Assembly: GCA_029565915.1 (NCBI GenBank)
Contig: JAKQNG010000046.1
Coordinates: 73 to 64,072 of the forward strand
Length of the DNA stretch: 64,000 nucleotides
Direction: 5' to 3'
Source: Deltaproteobacteria bacterium
GTDB taxonomy: Bacteria; Myxococcota_A; Polyangia; JAAYKL01
Shown piece after piece: positions 47,064 through 57,125 of this stretch; the stretch's first letter is position 1; each line of letters starts with the position of its first letter. Below the pieces are notes generated by a model. The model ran no database searches. It had not been told where the DNA came from and saw nothing but the letters and a program-made list of their open reading frames with translations. The position numbers and the translations under genes were made by a program.

Positions 47064-48740
47064 ATGACAGTTTACAACGGCGCGAGAATCGTCATCGAGT
47101 GTCTGAAAAAAGAAAATGTGGACACGCTGTTCTGCTATCCCGGCGGCGTGGTCATTCCCATCTTCGATGAGTTGTATCAGCACGGCGAAGGGATCCGCAT
47201 GGTGCAGCCCCGGCACGAACAGGGAGGCACCCACGCGGCGGACGCCTATGCCCGCTCCACGGGAAAGCCCGGTGTGGTGCTGGTCACTTCGGGGCCGGGT
47301 GCCACGAACACGGTAACGGGCATCGCCACCGCCTACATCGATTCGAGCCCCATGGTCGTTATCACCGGCCAGGTGTCCACGCGATATGTGGGAACGGACG
47401 CGTTTCAGGAAGCGGATATCACGGGCATCACCATGCCGATCACCAAGGAAAACATCCTCGTGCGTGAAGTGGAGGATCTGGCGCCGGCCATCAAACGCGC
47501 CTTCCACATCGCCGTGTCCGGACGCCCGGGCCCGGTACTGGTGGATGTGCCCAAGGACGTGCTGCTGGCGGAAACGGAGTTCACCTATCCCGAAGAGTTT
47601 TCGCTGGAGAGTTACAAGCCCACCTACAAAGGACATCCCAAGCAGATTTCCCGGGCCATGGACCTCATCGCCGAAGCGAAGCGACCCCTCATTCTGGCCG
47701 GCGGCGGCATTCAGATTTCCGGCTCCACGGATCTGGTGGCCCGGTTCATCGACCGGTATGCCATTCCGGTGGTGTACACTCTGATGGGGCACGGCGTGCG
47801 ACCTTCCGATCCGGCCATGAGCGTGGGCAACATCGGCATGCACGGCACCGTGTTCGGCAACTGGGCGGTACAGAACTGCGACCTGCTGATTGCCCTCGGC
47901 ACGAGGTTCAGCGATCGCATCATCGGCGACACGGTGAGCTTTGCGCCGAAGGCAAAAAAAATTCAGGTGGACGTGGATCCGGCAGAGATCGGCAAGAGCG
48001 TGGAAGTGGATGTACCCATTGTGGGCGATTTGCGCAACGTGATGGCCAAGATGCTCGAAATGAAGCGCAAAAAGCCCGACACGGCCCCGTGGCTGTCGGA
48101 ACTGCAGAAGAAGCGCGCGGAATTCCCGCTGACGTACTCGCAGGGCGACGATATCAAACCCCAGTTCCTCCTCGAAAAGGCAAGGGACATCCTGCCCAGG
48201 GACCTGATTGTGGTGACCGATGTGGGCCAGCACCAGATGTGGTGCCACCAGTACTTCGATTACACGCTGCCGCGCAGCTTCATTACCTCCGGCGGCCTCG
48301 GCACCATGGGGTACGGCGTTCCGGCGGGCATTGGCGCCAAGCTGGGCAACCCGGACCGTGAAGTGGTGGTCTTCTGTGGAGACGGCGGATTCCAGATGAC
48401 GCTGCAGGAGTTGATCACCATCCGGCGCGAAAAGCTGGCGGTGAAAATTGTCGTTCTGGACAATTCGTTTCTGGGCATGGTGCGGCAGTGGCAGGACCTG
48501 TTCCACGGCAAGCGGTATTCCGGCGTGGATCTGGGGGGAAATCCCGACTTCGCCGCCCTGGCACAGGCTCTGGGCATCCGCGCGAGACGCGTGGAGAAGC
48601 CCGACGATGTGGAGCCGGCGCTGCGGGAAATGGCCGCGTCAAAGGAAGCCATGCTGCTGCATGTGATCATCTCGAAAGAAGAAAACGTATGGCCCATGGT
48701 GGCTGCGGGTTCGTCCCTGAACGATGTGAGAACGAGCTGA
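47064..48740 (+). CDS. ilvB: Acetolactate synthase large subunit (TPP-dependent)
   Basis: MTVYNGARIVIECLKKENVDTLFCYPGGVVIPIFDEL, GDGGFQMTLQEL TPP motif. About 558 aa. Confidence 0.9.
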   Translation: MTVYNGARIVIECLKKENVDTLFCYPGGVVIPIFDELYQHGEGIRMVQPRHEQGGTHAADAYARSTGKPGVVLVTSGPGATNTVTGIATAYIDSSPMVVITGQVSTRYVGTDAFQEADITGITMPITKENILVREVEDLAPAIKRAFHIAVSGRPGPVLVDVPKDVLLAETEFTYPEEFSLESYKPTYKGHPKQISRAMDLIAEAKRPLILAGGGIQISGSTDLVARFIDRYAIPVVYTLMGHGVRPSDPAMSVGNIGMHGTVFGNWAVQNCDLLIALGTRFSDRIIGDTVSFAPKAKKIQVDVDPAEIGKSVEVDVPIVGDLRNVMAKMLEMKRKKPDTAPWLSELQKKRAEFPLTYSQGDDIKPQFLLEKARDILPRDLIVVTDVGQHQMWCHQYFDYTLPRSFITSGGLGTMGYGVPAGIGAKLGNPDREVVVFCGDGGFQMTLQELITIRREKLAVKIVVLDNSFLGMVRQWQDLFHGKRYSGVDLGGNPDFAALAQALGIRARRVEKPDDVEPALREMAASKEAMLLHVIISKEENVWPMVAAGSSLNDVRTS

Positions 48741-48753
48741 CGGGGAGGCCGAA

Positions 48754-49269
48754 ATGACACGCAATCTGGCAGAACACACAATTTCCATTCTGGTGTACAA
48801 CAAGCCCGGGGTCCTCTCCAAGGTGATGAGCCTCATTACGCGACGCGGTTTCAACATGGAGAGCGTCAGCGCCGAAAAGACCACCGGCGACAAGACGCGG
48901 ATCATCGTGGCCGTCCGGGCGGACGAACAGTCCCTCGAACAGATTCAGAAGCAGCTGTACAAAATCGTGGATGTGCTGAAGGTGACCCCCATCGATCCTG
49001 AGCACCGGATTATCAAGGAGCTGGCGTTCGTCAAAGTGAAGAACGCCTCGGGCAGCACATCGAGGACCGGCAACATGGAACTCTTTCAGCTGGTGGCCGT
49101 GTTCGGTGGCGAAATCGTCAATGCCACGCCGTCGGGTTTCGTGTTCCAGGTGACCGGCTCCAGGGACAAAATCAATTCCTTTCTGTCGCTCATTCCCGAA
49201 AACCTCATTGTGGAAATCGCCCGCACGGGCATCGTGGCCATCAACAAGTGGCCCTCTACCGTCGAATAG
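48754..49269 (+). CDS. ilvN: Acetolactate synthase small (regulatory, ACT) subunit
   Basis: ISILVYNKPGVLSKVMSLITRRGFNMESVS ACT signature, directly downstream of ilvB. Confidence 0.85.
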   Translation: MTRNLAEHTISILVYNKPGVLSKVMSLITRRGFNMESVSAEKTTGDKTRIIVAVRADEQSLEQIQKQLYKIVDVLKVTPIDPEHRIIKELAFVKVKNASGSTSRTGNMELFQLVAVFGGEIVNATPSGFVFQVTGSRDKINSFLSLIPENLIVEIARTGIVAINKWPSTVE

Positions 49270-49318
49270 TCCACCGCGGTCTGCTGTCCAACCGATCGGT
49301 CCGTCCATTGTTCCGGAT

Positions 49319-50002
49319 TCAGCGGACGGTGCCGATGAAGATGGTGTGACGGCGGCCGCCGCGACGTCCCCTGGCGCGCACCGCGTGAGGGGTGACGGAA
49401 AATCCCGCGCGCATCATCCGGCGGATGAACAGGTCGTCTTCGAATGCGGACCACACCCCCAGCACCCCGCCGGGCCGCAGGGCCGAAGCGCAACGCTGGA
49501 GACCATGGGGCGTGTACAGCCGGCTGTTGGTGTCCCGCGTAAGAGCCGATGGCCCGTTGTCCACGTCCAGCAGAATAGCGTCAAACGGCGATGGAGGGGT
49601 CTCTATCAGATCGGCCACATCACCCTCATAAACCGACAGCCGCGGATCGTTCAGCGGATGTTCGGCCGCCTCTCCCAGAATGCCCCGGTTCCACATCACC
49701 ACCGCTGGCACCAGCTCCGCCACCGTCACCCGGTCGGCCTCCCGCGCCCGCCGCAGGGCCGCCGCGGCCGTATATCCGATGCCCAGACCACCGATGAGAA
49801 TTCGCGCGCCCTCCTCTCGCTGCTGCCACCGCAGGGCATCCCACGCCAGATCTGCCAGCGCGTCCTCGGAGCCGTGCATCCGCGTGCTCATCAGCTCCCG
49901 GCTGCCCACGTGAATGACCAGTTCGCTTCCCCGGCGCAACAGCCGCATGAACTGGTCCGTGCCGGGAATCGGCTGGCTGTCGAGGAGTTCGAAACGGTTC
50001 AC
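49319..50002 (-). CDS. Class I SAM-dependent methyltransferase / spermidine-synthase-like protein
   Basis: ILIGGLGIGYTAAAAL glycine-rich motif, ...ILLDVDNGP.... Start overlaps the rimO stop. Confidence 0.45.
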   Translation of the reverse strand: MNRFELLDSQPIPGTDQFMRLLRRGSELVIHVGSRELMSTRMHGSEDALADLAWDALRWQQREEGARILIGGLGIGYTAAAALRRAREADRVTVAELVPAVVMWNRGILGEAAEHPLNDPRLSVYEGDVADLIETPPSPFDAILLDVDNGPSALTRDTNSRLYTPHGLQRCASALRPGGVLGVWSAFEDDLFIRRMMRAGFSVTPHAVRARGRRGGRRHTIFIGTVR

Positions 50003-51357
50003 AGGGGCTCCGCCACCAGGTCGTAATCCTTGAAATCCACCACCGTCGCCCTCACCACCTCACCCGGCCCCGCGGCGCAGGAGGTCAGGTACACGCACCC
50101 GTCGATGTCCGGCGCCTGCCCGGTATGGCGCCCCTGCCGCACATAACCCGCCTCGTCCGCCGCACCTTCCACCAGCACTTCGATAATCTGCCCCTTCATG
50201 GCCCGGTGGTGTTCGCGCACGATCCGGCGCTGCAGTGCCATCACCTTCCGCCTGCGGTTGTACGAAATGCCCGGAGAAACGCGATCGGCCATGCCGGCGG
50301 CCGGCGTACCCTCTTCTTCGCTGTAGCGGAACGCACCCAGATGGTGAAACCGCGCGGCTTCCACAAAGGACAGCAGTGCATCGAAATCCGCATCCGTCTC
50401 CCCGGGAAACCCCAGGAGAACGGTGGTGCGCAAAAAGGCCCCGGGCAGCAGACGCTTCGCCCGGTCAATGACATCGATCAACGCATCGGGTCCGTGGCCT
50501 CGTCGCATGGCTTTCAACATGGGCGCAGCGGCGTGCTGGATGGGGATGTCCAGATAGGGAACCACCTTGTCCAGTTCGCCCATCTGCCGCAGGAGCCGGT
50601 CGCTCACCGCGTCCGGATACAGGTACAGCACGCGGATCCACCGCAGTCCGTCCACGTCGTTCAGGGCGCCCAGCAGCCCGGCCAGATCGGCGCCGTCCTT
50701 GCGGTCCCGCCCGAAGGCGGCCGTGTCCTGGGCCACGAGGTTCAGTTCCACAACCCCCGCGTCGGCCAGTTGCCGCGCCTCCGCCACCACATCCGCCACG
50801 GAACGGCTGCGGCCTTTCCCCCGGATGCCGGGTATGGCGCAGAACGCGCACTTCCGCGAACATCCATCCGCGATTTTGATATAGGCACTGATCGATCCCT
50901 GCTCGATGAGGCGCGGCGTGGCGGCGGTGGGCAGAAAATGGCCCGGATAATTGAGGGCGGCATCCACCGCGCGTCCTTTGACCAGCCGGCCGATCTGATC
51001 GAGGGTGGCCGTGCCGAGCATGGCGTCGATCTCGGGCATGGCCTCCCTGAGCTCGGCGCCGTTGCGCTGGGGCAGACATCCCGCCGCAATAAGCAGCGAA
51101 CAGCGCCCGCTGCGACGGTGCCGGGCCATTTCCAGCAGTACGTCGATGGACTCCTCCTTTGCGTCGCCGATGAATGCACAGGTGTTGACCACGATGATAT
51201 CCGCCTCTTCGGGGGAAGCCACCACCGTCATACCGTCTGTTGCCAGAAGCCCCGCCATCACTTCCGTGTCCACCCGGTTTTTGGGACATCCCAGGGACAC
51301 AAAATGGACGGTCCTCCGGGCACTGCGGCCGGCGTGCCTGTCCGGCAAACGTCCCAT
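49999..51357 (-). CDS. rimO: Ribosomal protein S12 methylthiotransferase RimO (radical SAM, MTTase with TRAM)
   Basis: VHFVSLGCPKNRVDTE, radical-SAM CSRKCAFCAIP, C-terminal TRAM ...APDIDGCVYL...DYDLVAEPL matching the RimO end. Confidence 0.85.
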   Translation of the reverse strand: MGRLPDRHAGRSARRTVHFVSLGCPKNRVDTEVMAGLLATDGMTVVASPEEADIIVVNTCAFIGDAKEESIDVLLEMARHRRSGRCSLLIAAGCLPQRNGAELREAMPEIDAMLGTATLDQIGRLVKGRAVDAALNYPGHFLPTAATPRLIEQGSISAYIKIADGCSRKCAFCAIPGIRGKGRSRSVADVVAEARQLADAGVVELNLVAQDTAAFGRDRKDGADLAGLLGALNDVDGLRWIRVLYLYPDAVSDRLLRQMGELDKVVPYLDIPIQHAAAPMLKAMRRGHGPDALIDVIDRAKRLLPGAFLRTTVLLGFPGETDADFDALLSFVEAARFHHLGAFRYSEEEGTPAAGMADRVSPGISYNRRRKVMALQRRIVREHHRAMKGQIIEVLVEGAADEAGYVRQGRHTGQAPDIDGCVYLTSCAAGPGEVVRATVVDFKDYDLVAEPL

Positions 51358-51359
51358 GT

Positions 51360-51776
51360 TCAGAACCCTTTCACGGTTTCCATGCCGTTCTGCCGCAGGA
51401 TGGACAATCCGCGTTCCACGTCTTCCACCTTGAAAACCACGGCGCTGCGCTGTTCCTGCCCGATGTGGGTGGTGTACAGGTATTCCACGTTGACGCGGTT
51501 CTGTTCAAACAGGGTCATGATCGCCGCGAGGCTGCCGGGGCGATCGTCAAGGCGCACGGCGATGACGTCGTTTACCCGCGTGGTGAACAGGTGATCGTGC
51601 ATCAGCTGTCGCGCTTTTTCTGTCTGATCGCAGATGATCCGCAGGATGCCGAAGTCCGACGTGTCCGCGATGGAGGCCGCCTTGAGTGAAATGTTGTTCT
51701 CTGCCAGGATGCGGGTGACTTCCGCCAGCCGGCCGTTCTTGTTTTCGAGAAATACGGAAATCTGCGAAATTTTCAT
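51360..51776 (-). CDS. Tandem ACT-domain protein (PaaK-operon associated)
   Basis: Two ~65-aa ACT-like halves (ISVFLENKNGRLAEVTRILAENNISL...; VIAVRLDDRPGSLAAIMTLFEQNRVNV...). Confidence 0.7.
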   Translation of the reverse strand: MKISQISVFLENKNGRLAEVTRILAENNISLKAASIADTSDFGILRIICDQTEKARQLMHDHLFTTRVNDVIAVRLDDRPGSLAAIMTLFEQNRVNVEYLYTTHIGQEQRSAVVFKVEDVERGLSILRQNGMETVKGF

Positions 51777-53089
51777 GGTGTGCCTCCCTGCAGGTTCCGA
51801 CGGTCGATGACGCGCTTCGCCTTGCCCTCGCTGCGGGCAATGGCGCGCGGCTCCACCAGCTTCACCTTGACGCTGATGCCCAGTTCCTGTTTCAGCTCGC
51901 TGTGAATCTTGCGCCGGATGCGTTCCAGTTCCTTGGTTTCATCCGAAAAGAAATTTTCCTCCACTTCCACCTGCAGCTCCACCTCGTCCAGGTGGGAGGC
52001 GCCCCGCTCGATGATGATCTGGTAGTGGGGCTGGGTTTCCTCGATGCGCAGGAGCACATTTTCGATCTGGGAGGGAAACACGTTGACGCCCCGCAGGATG
52101 AGCATGTCGTCGTTGCGGCCCAGCAGCCGGTGCATCCGCCGCAGGGTGCGGCCGCAGGCGCAGGGAGAAGAATCGATCCGGGTGATATCCCTCGTGCGAT
52201 ATCGCAGGATCGGCGTGCCCTGCCGGGTCAGGGTGGTCAGCACCAGTTCCCCCGTCTCGCCGTCGGGCAGCACCTCGCCGGTGCGGGCGTCGATGATCTC
52301 CGGATAAAAATGATCTTCGTTCACGTGCAGCCCGTTCTGCGCCGCGCACTCACAGGACACACCGGGGCCGATGATCTCCGTGAGCCCGTAAATATCGAAC
52401 GCCTTCAGGTGGAGCTTATTTTCAATCTCCGCGCGCATGGCATTGCTCCAGGGCTCGGCGCCGAACACGCCGATGTTCAGGTGGAGCCGGTCCGGGTCGA
52501 TGGACAACTCCTTTGCCACCTCCGCCATGTGGAGCGCGTAGCTCGGCGTGCAGGTGAGGATGGTCGATTTGAAATCGCGCATCAGCATGAGCTGGCGCTT
52601 CGTGTTGCCGCTGGCCGCGGGAATGATGTTCGCCCCCAGGGCCCGGGCGCCGTAGTGAAGGCCCAGTCCGCCGGTGAACATGCCGTAACCGTAGGCGTTC
52701 TGGACCACGTCCCCCCGCCGTCCCCCGGCCATGCACAGGCAGCGGGCGGCCACCTCGCCCCACAGGCTGATATCCGCATCCGTATAGGCGCCCACCACCG
52801 GCGTACCCGTGGTGCCCGAGGATGTGTGTATTTCCCGCAGCTCGCTCTCATCTACCGCCAGCAGGCCGTAGGGATAGGTTTCGCGCAGCTCGTCCTTGGT
52901 GGTGAAGGGAATGCGCGACAGATCCGACAGCTGGCGGATGTCTGCGGGCGTCAATCCCGCCGCATCGAACCGCGCCCGGTAAAAGGGCACGCGGTCGTAC
53001 AGGCGGAAACACAGCTCCTTCAGGTCGGCCAACTGTCGCTTCCGCCGGGTTTCCAGGTCTTCACATTCCCGCTGTTCATTCCAGATCAT
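51773..53089 (-). CDS. paaK: Phenylacetate--CoA ligase (PaaK family adenylate-forming enzyme)
   Basis: N-terminal ...LKELCFRLYDRVPFYRARFDAAGLTPADIRQLSDLSRIPFTTKDELRETYPYGLLAV..., SSGTTG, about 438 aa. Confidence 0.85.
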   Translation of the reverse strand: MIWNEQRECEDLETRRKRQLADLKELCFRLYDRVPFYRARFDAAGLTPADIRQLSDLSRIPFTTKDELRETYPYGLLAVDESELREIHTSSGTTGTPVVGAYTDADISLWGEVAARCLCMAGGRRGDVVQNAYGYGMFTGGLGLHYGARALGANIIPAASGNTKRQLMLMRDFKSTILTCTPSYALHMAEVAKELSIDPDRLHLNIGVFGAEPWSNAMRAEIENKLHLKAFDIYGLTEIIGPGVSCECAAQNGLHVNEDHFYPEIIDARTGEVLPDGETGELVLTTLTRQGTPILRYRTRDITRIDSSPCACGRTLRRMHRLLGRNDDMLILRGVNVFPSQIENVLLRIEETQPHYQIIIERGASHLDEVELQVEVEENFFSDETKELERIRRKIHSELKQELGISVKVKLVEPRAIARSEGKAKRVIDRRNLQGGTP

Positions 53090-53679
53090 GACGAACTCCT
53101 TGCTTGTGCGGCCGCTGATGCCGCCCCCAGTTCCAGGGCGTCGAGGTTGCGCGCCACCACGTCATTGCCCTTTGACGCAAACATGCGGGCAATGGTGTCC
53201 CGGAGAATGAGGCGGCTGATCGGCAGATAGATGGACGCAGCACCCACCATCACCATGTTCACGGCCCGACGGTTTCCCGACTGCTGCGCCAGGGACTGCG
53301 CGGGCACCAGCCGCGCCCCGGGCACCTTGTCCAGCATGGCCCGCAGGATTTCTGGCGACGGGTAGTCGGCGATGTTTAAAAACGGTTCCTCCGCGGACAG
53401 CAATACCCCGTCCGATTTCAGCCAGCGCAGGTAGCGCAGCCCTTCGAGGGGCTCCATGCTGAGGATCAGATCGGCGCATCCCCGGGGAATGAGGTCGGCG
53501 GCAACGGACGTATCGCTGAGCCGCAGGTGGGAAAGCACTGCCCCTCCCCGCTGGGCCATCCCGTGCACCTCCGACTGGCGAACCTCCAGTCCGTCGGCGG
53601 CGGCCGCCATGGCGATGACGGCCCCCACGGTGAGCACGCCCTGTCCGCCCACACCGCACAGGATGATATCGCACTTCAC
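53086..53679 (-). CDS. iorB: Indolepyruvate:ferredoxin oxidoreductase beta subunit
   Basis: GTG start overlapping the iorA stop (GTGA) gives a ~198-aa protein beginning VKCDIILCGVGGQGVLTVGAVIAMAAAADGLEV.... The longer track ORF overlaps iorA and was rejected. Confidence 0.8.
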   Translation of the reverse strand: MKCDIILCGVGGQGVLTVGAVIAMAAAADGLEVRQSEVHGMAQRGGAVLSHLRLSDTSVAADLIPRGCADLILSMEPLEGLRYLRWLKSDGVLLSAEEPFLNIADYPSPEILRAMLDKVPGARLVPAQSLAQQSGNRRAVNMVMVGAASIYLPISRLILRDTIARMFASKGNDVVARNLDALELGAASAAAQARSSS

Positions 53680-55298
53680 GGTGTCGCCTCCCGCCTTTGC
53701 CGGCGCGCCCATTCCAGGCATTCCCGCCGGGAGATGATCACGGACACCCCCGGGTAATCCAGTTCCTCCTGCAGGATTCGCACGTTGTCGTCGTGGTGTT
53801 TCGGCAGCGGCGTCACCACGCGCACGTGGGATTCCGGAACTCCCATCCCGACGACGAGTGGTGCGAGGGCCGACGATGGCAGCATGGTTTCCTGGGCGCC
53901 GGTCATCCCCACGGTGCCGTTGTCCAGAATGAGAATGGTCACCGGCACCCGCCTTGCCACACAGTCCACGAGGCCTGTCATCCCCGAATGGAGGAACGTG
54001 GAATCGCCGATAACCGCCACCGCGTTCGCCATGCCCGCTTCGGCGGCGCCGACGGCCATGGAAATGGAAGCGCCCATGCACACGAGAGTTTCGATGGCCG
54101 ACAGGGGCGGCAGGGCGCCAAGGGAATAGCAGCCGATGTCCGATGCGACCAGATGAGGGCCTCGTCCGTTCAGGGCGTCCGCAAGGAAGCGGAAGGTGTC
54201 GAGATGGGGACATCCCCGGCAGAGCTGGGGCGGGCGTCCGGGCAGTTCCTGTGGAACGGGAAGGGCGGCGGGACGGTTGGGCAGTTCCAGCACCTCGCGT
54301 ATGTTGTCCGGGTCGAGCTCTCCTTCAACGGGCACATGGCCGCTCTTTTTTCCGCGGATTTCCACAGCAGACAGCAGGATGCCCGGCAGTCGCTCTTCCA
54401 CAAAGGGATATCCCTCTTCGAGCACCACGAGCCGCGATTTTCCCGCGGCAAAGCGACGCAGGGCGGCGACGGGCAGCGGATACTGACCGATATGCAGGTG
54501 CGCGGGACAAGGCGACAGCTGCGGCGCGTTTTCAAGAAAGTAGTTGCGGGCGAGTCCCGTGGTGATGACCCCCCATGGCGCATCCCCGGGCGTTTCCACG
54601 TTCCAGACGCTGGATTCCGCAGCAGCCGCCAGCTCCTCCTGAAGGGTCAGCAGGCGGTGCCAGCGCTGTCGCGCGGCGGCGGGCAGCAGCACCCAGGCTC
54701 CCGGGTTGTCGGTTTTCTGCAGGGGATTTTCGGGGCGGGGCAGACGGATCTGTACCGGCGCCCGGGAGTGGGCGAGCCGCGTCACCATCCGCACCAGCAC
54801 CGGCACGTGAAACCGCTCGGACAAATCGAAGGCGTCCGCCATCATGTCGCAGGCCTGCTGCTGATCCGCAGGCTCCAGGCAGGGAACCTTTGCAAAGTCC
54901 GCGTAAAACCGGCTGTCCTGTTCGTTCTGGGACGAGTGCATGCCCGGGTCGTCCGCCACGGCCAGCACCAGCCCGCCCCGGATGTCCACCAGTGCGCCGT
55001 TGATGAACGGGTCCGCGGCCACGTTGAGGCCCACGTGCTTCATGGTCACCAGCGCGCGCCGGCCGCACAGGGACACGCCCAGTGCTTCTTCGAGGGCGGT
55101 CTTTTCGTTGGCGCTCCACCTGGCCAGGGGCCGGCCGTTGCGCTCCTGTGCCGCGCGCAGGTACTCCATGATTTCCGTGGACGGCGTACCCGGATATCCA
55201 TAGGCGCAGGAGACCCCCGCATCGATGGCGCCCTGCGCCAGCGCTTCATCCCCCAGCAGTGCCACTCTGGTCATCGGTGCGTTCGTTCCGGAGGGCAT
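53676..55298 (-). CDS. iorA: Indolepyruvate:ferredoxin oxidoreductase alpha subunit (TPP-binding)
   Basis: ...AYGYPGTPSTEIMEY..., CRGCPH, GDSTFLHSG TPP motif. Start overlaps the aminotransferase stop by 1 nt. Confidence 0.8.
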   Translation of the reverse strand: MPSGTNAPMTRVALLGDEALAQGAIDAGVSCAYGYPGTPSTEIMEYLRAAQERNGRPLARWSANEKTALEEALGVSLCGRRALVTMKHVGLNVAADPFINGALVDIRGGLVLAVADDPGMHSSQNEQDSRFYADFAKVPCLEPADQQQACDMMADAFDLSERFHVPVLVRMVTRLAHSRAPVQIRLPRPENPLQKTDNPGAWVLLPAAARQRWHRLLTLQEELAAAAESSVWNVETPGDAPWGVITTGLARNYFLENAPQLSPCPAHLHIGQYPLPVAALRRFAAGKSRLVVLEEGYPFVEERLPGILLSAVEIRGKKSGHVPVEGELDPDNIREVLELPNRPAALPVPQELPGRPPQLCRGCPHLDTFRFLADALNGRGPHLVASDIGCYSLGALPPLSAIETLVCMGASISMAVGAAEAGMANAVAVIGDSTFLHSGMTGLVDCVARRVPVTILILDNGTVGMTGAQETMLPSSALAPLVVGMGVPESHVRVVTPLPKHHDDNVRILQEELDYPGVSVIISRRECLEWARRQRREATP

Positions 55299-56482
55299 CA
55301 GGCGCCCGCCGCCTTTCTCATGGCCTTTTCAAATCCGTCCGCGGACCGGGCGATGACGGCTTCGTCGGTGCAGTAGGCAATCCGGAACCATCCGGGCCAG
55401 CCGAAGGCGCTGCCCGGAACGGTCAGGATGCGTTCGTCCTTCAGCCGATCCACGAAATCAACGTCGTTGACAAGGGGCGAACGAACGAACAGGTAGAACG
55501 TGCCCTGGGGCGCCGCATAGGCGTATCCGGCAGCGTCGAGAATTGCCGTCATGGCATCCCGGCGGCGCCGGTAAACCTCCACGTCAACGGCTTCGTCCTG
55601 CAAGCGGGCGATGACGCGCTGCATGAGGGCCGGTGCGTTAACGAAGCCCAGGATGCGGTTGCACAGTGCACAGGCCTCCAGCAGCCGGGCGCTGTCCTCC
55701 GCCTCCCTGTGCACCGCCAGGAAGCCGATGCGCTCCCCGGGCAGAGAGAGGGTCTTGGACCAGGAGGTGCACACCACCGTGTGGGGATATACGGCAAAGA
55801 GGGAGGGCACCCTGTCGCCGTAGGTGATGTCCCGGTAGGGCTCGTCTCCCAGCAGGTAAACGGTGCGGCCGACGGCGGACGAGCGGGCCTGCAGCATGCG
55901 GCCCAGGTTCCGCAGGGTGGATTCGGGATAGATGCGGCCCGAAGGGTTGTTGGGCGAATTGACGATGACCGCGGCCGTGCGTTCCGAAATGGCCGCTGCC
56001 AGCGCGTCCACGTCCAGATCGAAATCCGGCCGGCCCGGCACCGTGACAAACGAGGCCCCGTGGTTTTCGCAGTAGAAGCGATATTCGAGAAACGAAGGGG
56101 TGCAGGCGAGCACTTCGTCGCCCGGGTTGACGAGGGCTTTCAGTGCCACATTCAGTGCGCCTCCCGCACCGCAGGTCACCACCACGTGGCGGCTGTCGAG
56201 ATCGGTACCCTGCAACGCGTTGATGCGGCGGGCGATGGCGTCGCGCACGAAGAGGTGGCCCGCGTTGGGCATGTAGCCGTGAACCTGCGGTTCTTCAACA
56301 GCCGCCTCTTCGCGGAGAATCCGTCGGAAGGCCGCAGGGGGCGGCACGTCCGGGTTGCCGATGGAAAAGTCGCACACCGCGTCCGCGCCGAACCGGGCCT
56401 TCAGGGCCAGTCCTTCCTCAAACATCCGGCGGATGGCCGACGAGGTGGAGAGATATGCAGAAACCCGGTTGGAAATGGCCAT
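55298..56482 (-). CDS. Class I/II (aspartate/aromatic) aminotransferase, PLP-dependent
   Basis: ...FSIGNPDVPPP..., NSPNNPSG, SWSKTLSLPGERIG (PLP-lysine region). Start at MAISN. Confidence 0.8.
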   Translation of the reverse strand: MAISNRVSAYLSTSSAIRRMFEEGLALKARFGADAVCDFSIGNPDVPPPAAFRRILREEAAVEEPQVHGYMPNAGHLFVRDAIARRINALQGTDLDSRHVVVTCGAGGALNVALKALVNPGDEVLACTPSFLEYRFYCENHGASFVTVPGRPDFDLDVDALAAAISERTAAVIVNSPNNPSGRIYPESTLRNLGRMLQARSSAVGRTVYLLGDEPYRDITYGDRVPSLFAVYPHTVVCTSWSKTLSLPGERIGFLAVHREAEDSARLLEACALCNRILGFVNAPALMQRVIARLQDEAVDVEVYRRRRDAMTAILDAAGYAYAAPQGTFYLFVRSPLVNDVDFVDRLKDERILTVPGSAFGWPGWFRIAYCTDEAVIARSADGFEKAMRKAAGA

Positions 56483-56566
56483 GGCGTCTCCTGCGGAGCC
56501 GGACGTTGAGGCGCTCCGCAGCAAGGAAGTAACAGAAGTCGCGGCGGGAAAACAGCGAAATGAAAG

Positions 56567-56995
56567 TCAATCCGGGGGCGGCACAGCGCGGGATTTCTTC
56601 AGCAGTCCGGTGCGGCGTTTGCGGGCCAGCCGGCGGCGGTCTGCGGTGGCGGATACCCGGGTGGGAATACGGCGGGCCACGGGTCGCAGGGCGGCGGTCA
56701 CCAGTGCAACCAATCGTTCCACCGCGAGCTGGCGGTTGCGATGGAGGCTGCGCTCCGTGTCTACGGATATCTGCAGTTCCCCGTCAGCGCCGATGCGGCC
56801 GGAGAGCTTGTGCCGCACGCGATCCTTCTGTTCCGGTGACAGGGACAAGGAGGCATCGACGCACCAGTGGAGGGTGACGCGGGAATTCGTCCGGTTCACA
56901 TGCTGGCCGCCGGGACCACCGGACCGGCTGGCCGTGAATCGCAGTTCATCCGCGTCGATGGTCGTCGAGTCGTTGATGACAATTGCCCTTCCCAT
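56567..56995 (-). CDS. arfB: Peptidyl-tRNA hydrolase ArfB (alternative ribosome-rescue factor, GGQ protein)
   Basis: SGGPGGQHVNRTNSRVTL GGQ motif plus basic C-terminal tail. About 142 aa from the internal Met. Confidence 0.8.
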   Translation of the reverse strand: MGRAIVINDSTTIDADELRFTASRSGGPGGQHVNRTNSRVTLHWCVDASLSLSPEQKDRVRHKLSGRIGADGELQISVDTERSLHRNRQLAVERLVALVTAALRPVARRIPTRVSATADRRRLARKRRTGLLKKSRAVPPPD

Positions 56996-57125
56996 GTCTT
57001 TTTCATAGCGCCTTTTCGGTCTTCTCCGCCAGTCCCGAAGCCTCTGAAAATCGCCCCTCGACAAGGGTGGAACCCGCCGCTACAATCGCCGCGCAACTGC
57101 AGCGGACCGTTGACGAAGAAGGAGA

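Noticed and set aside
53086-54213. 375-aa track ORF for the IOR beta subunit overlapping iorA by >500 bp
   Set aside because: IorB similarity begins only at VKCDIILCGVGGQGV. A GTG at 53679 overlapping the iorA stop gives a canonical ~198-aa IorB. The upstream extension is Arg/Gly-rich out-of-context sequence.
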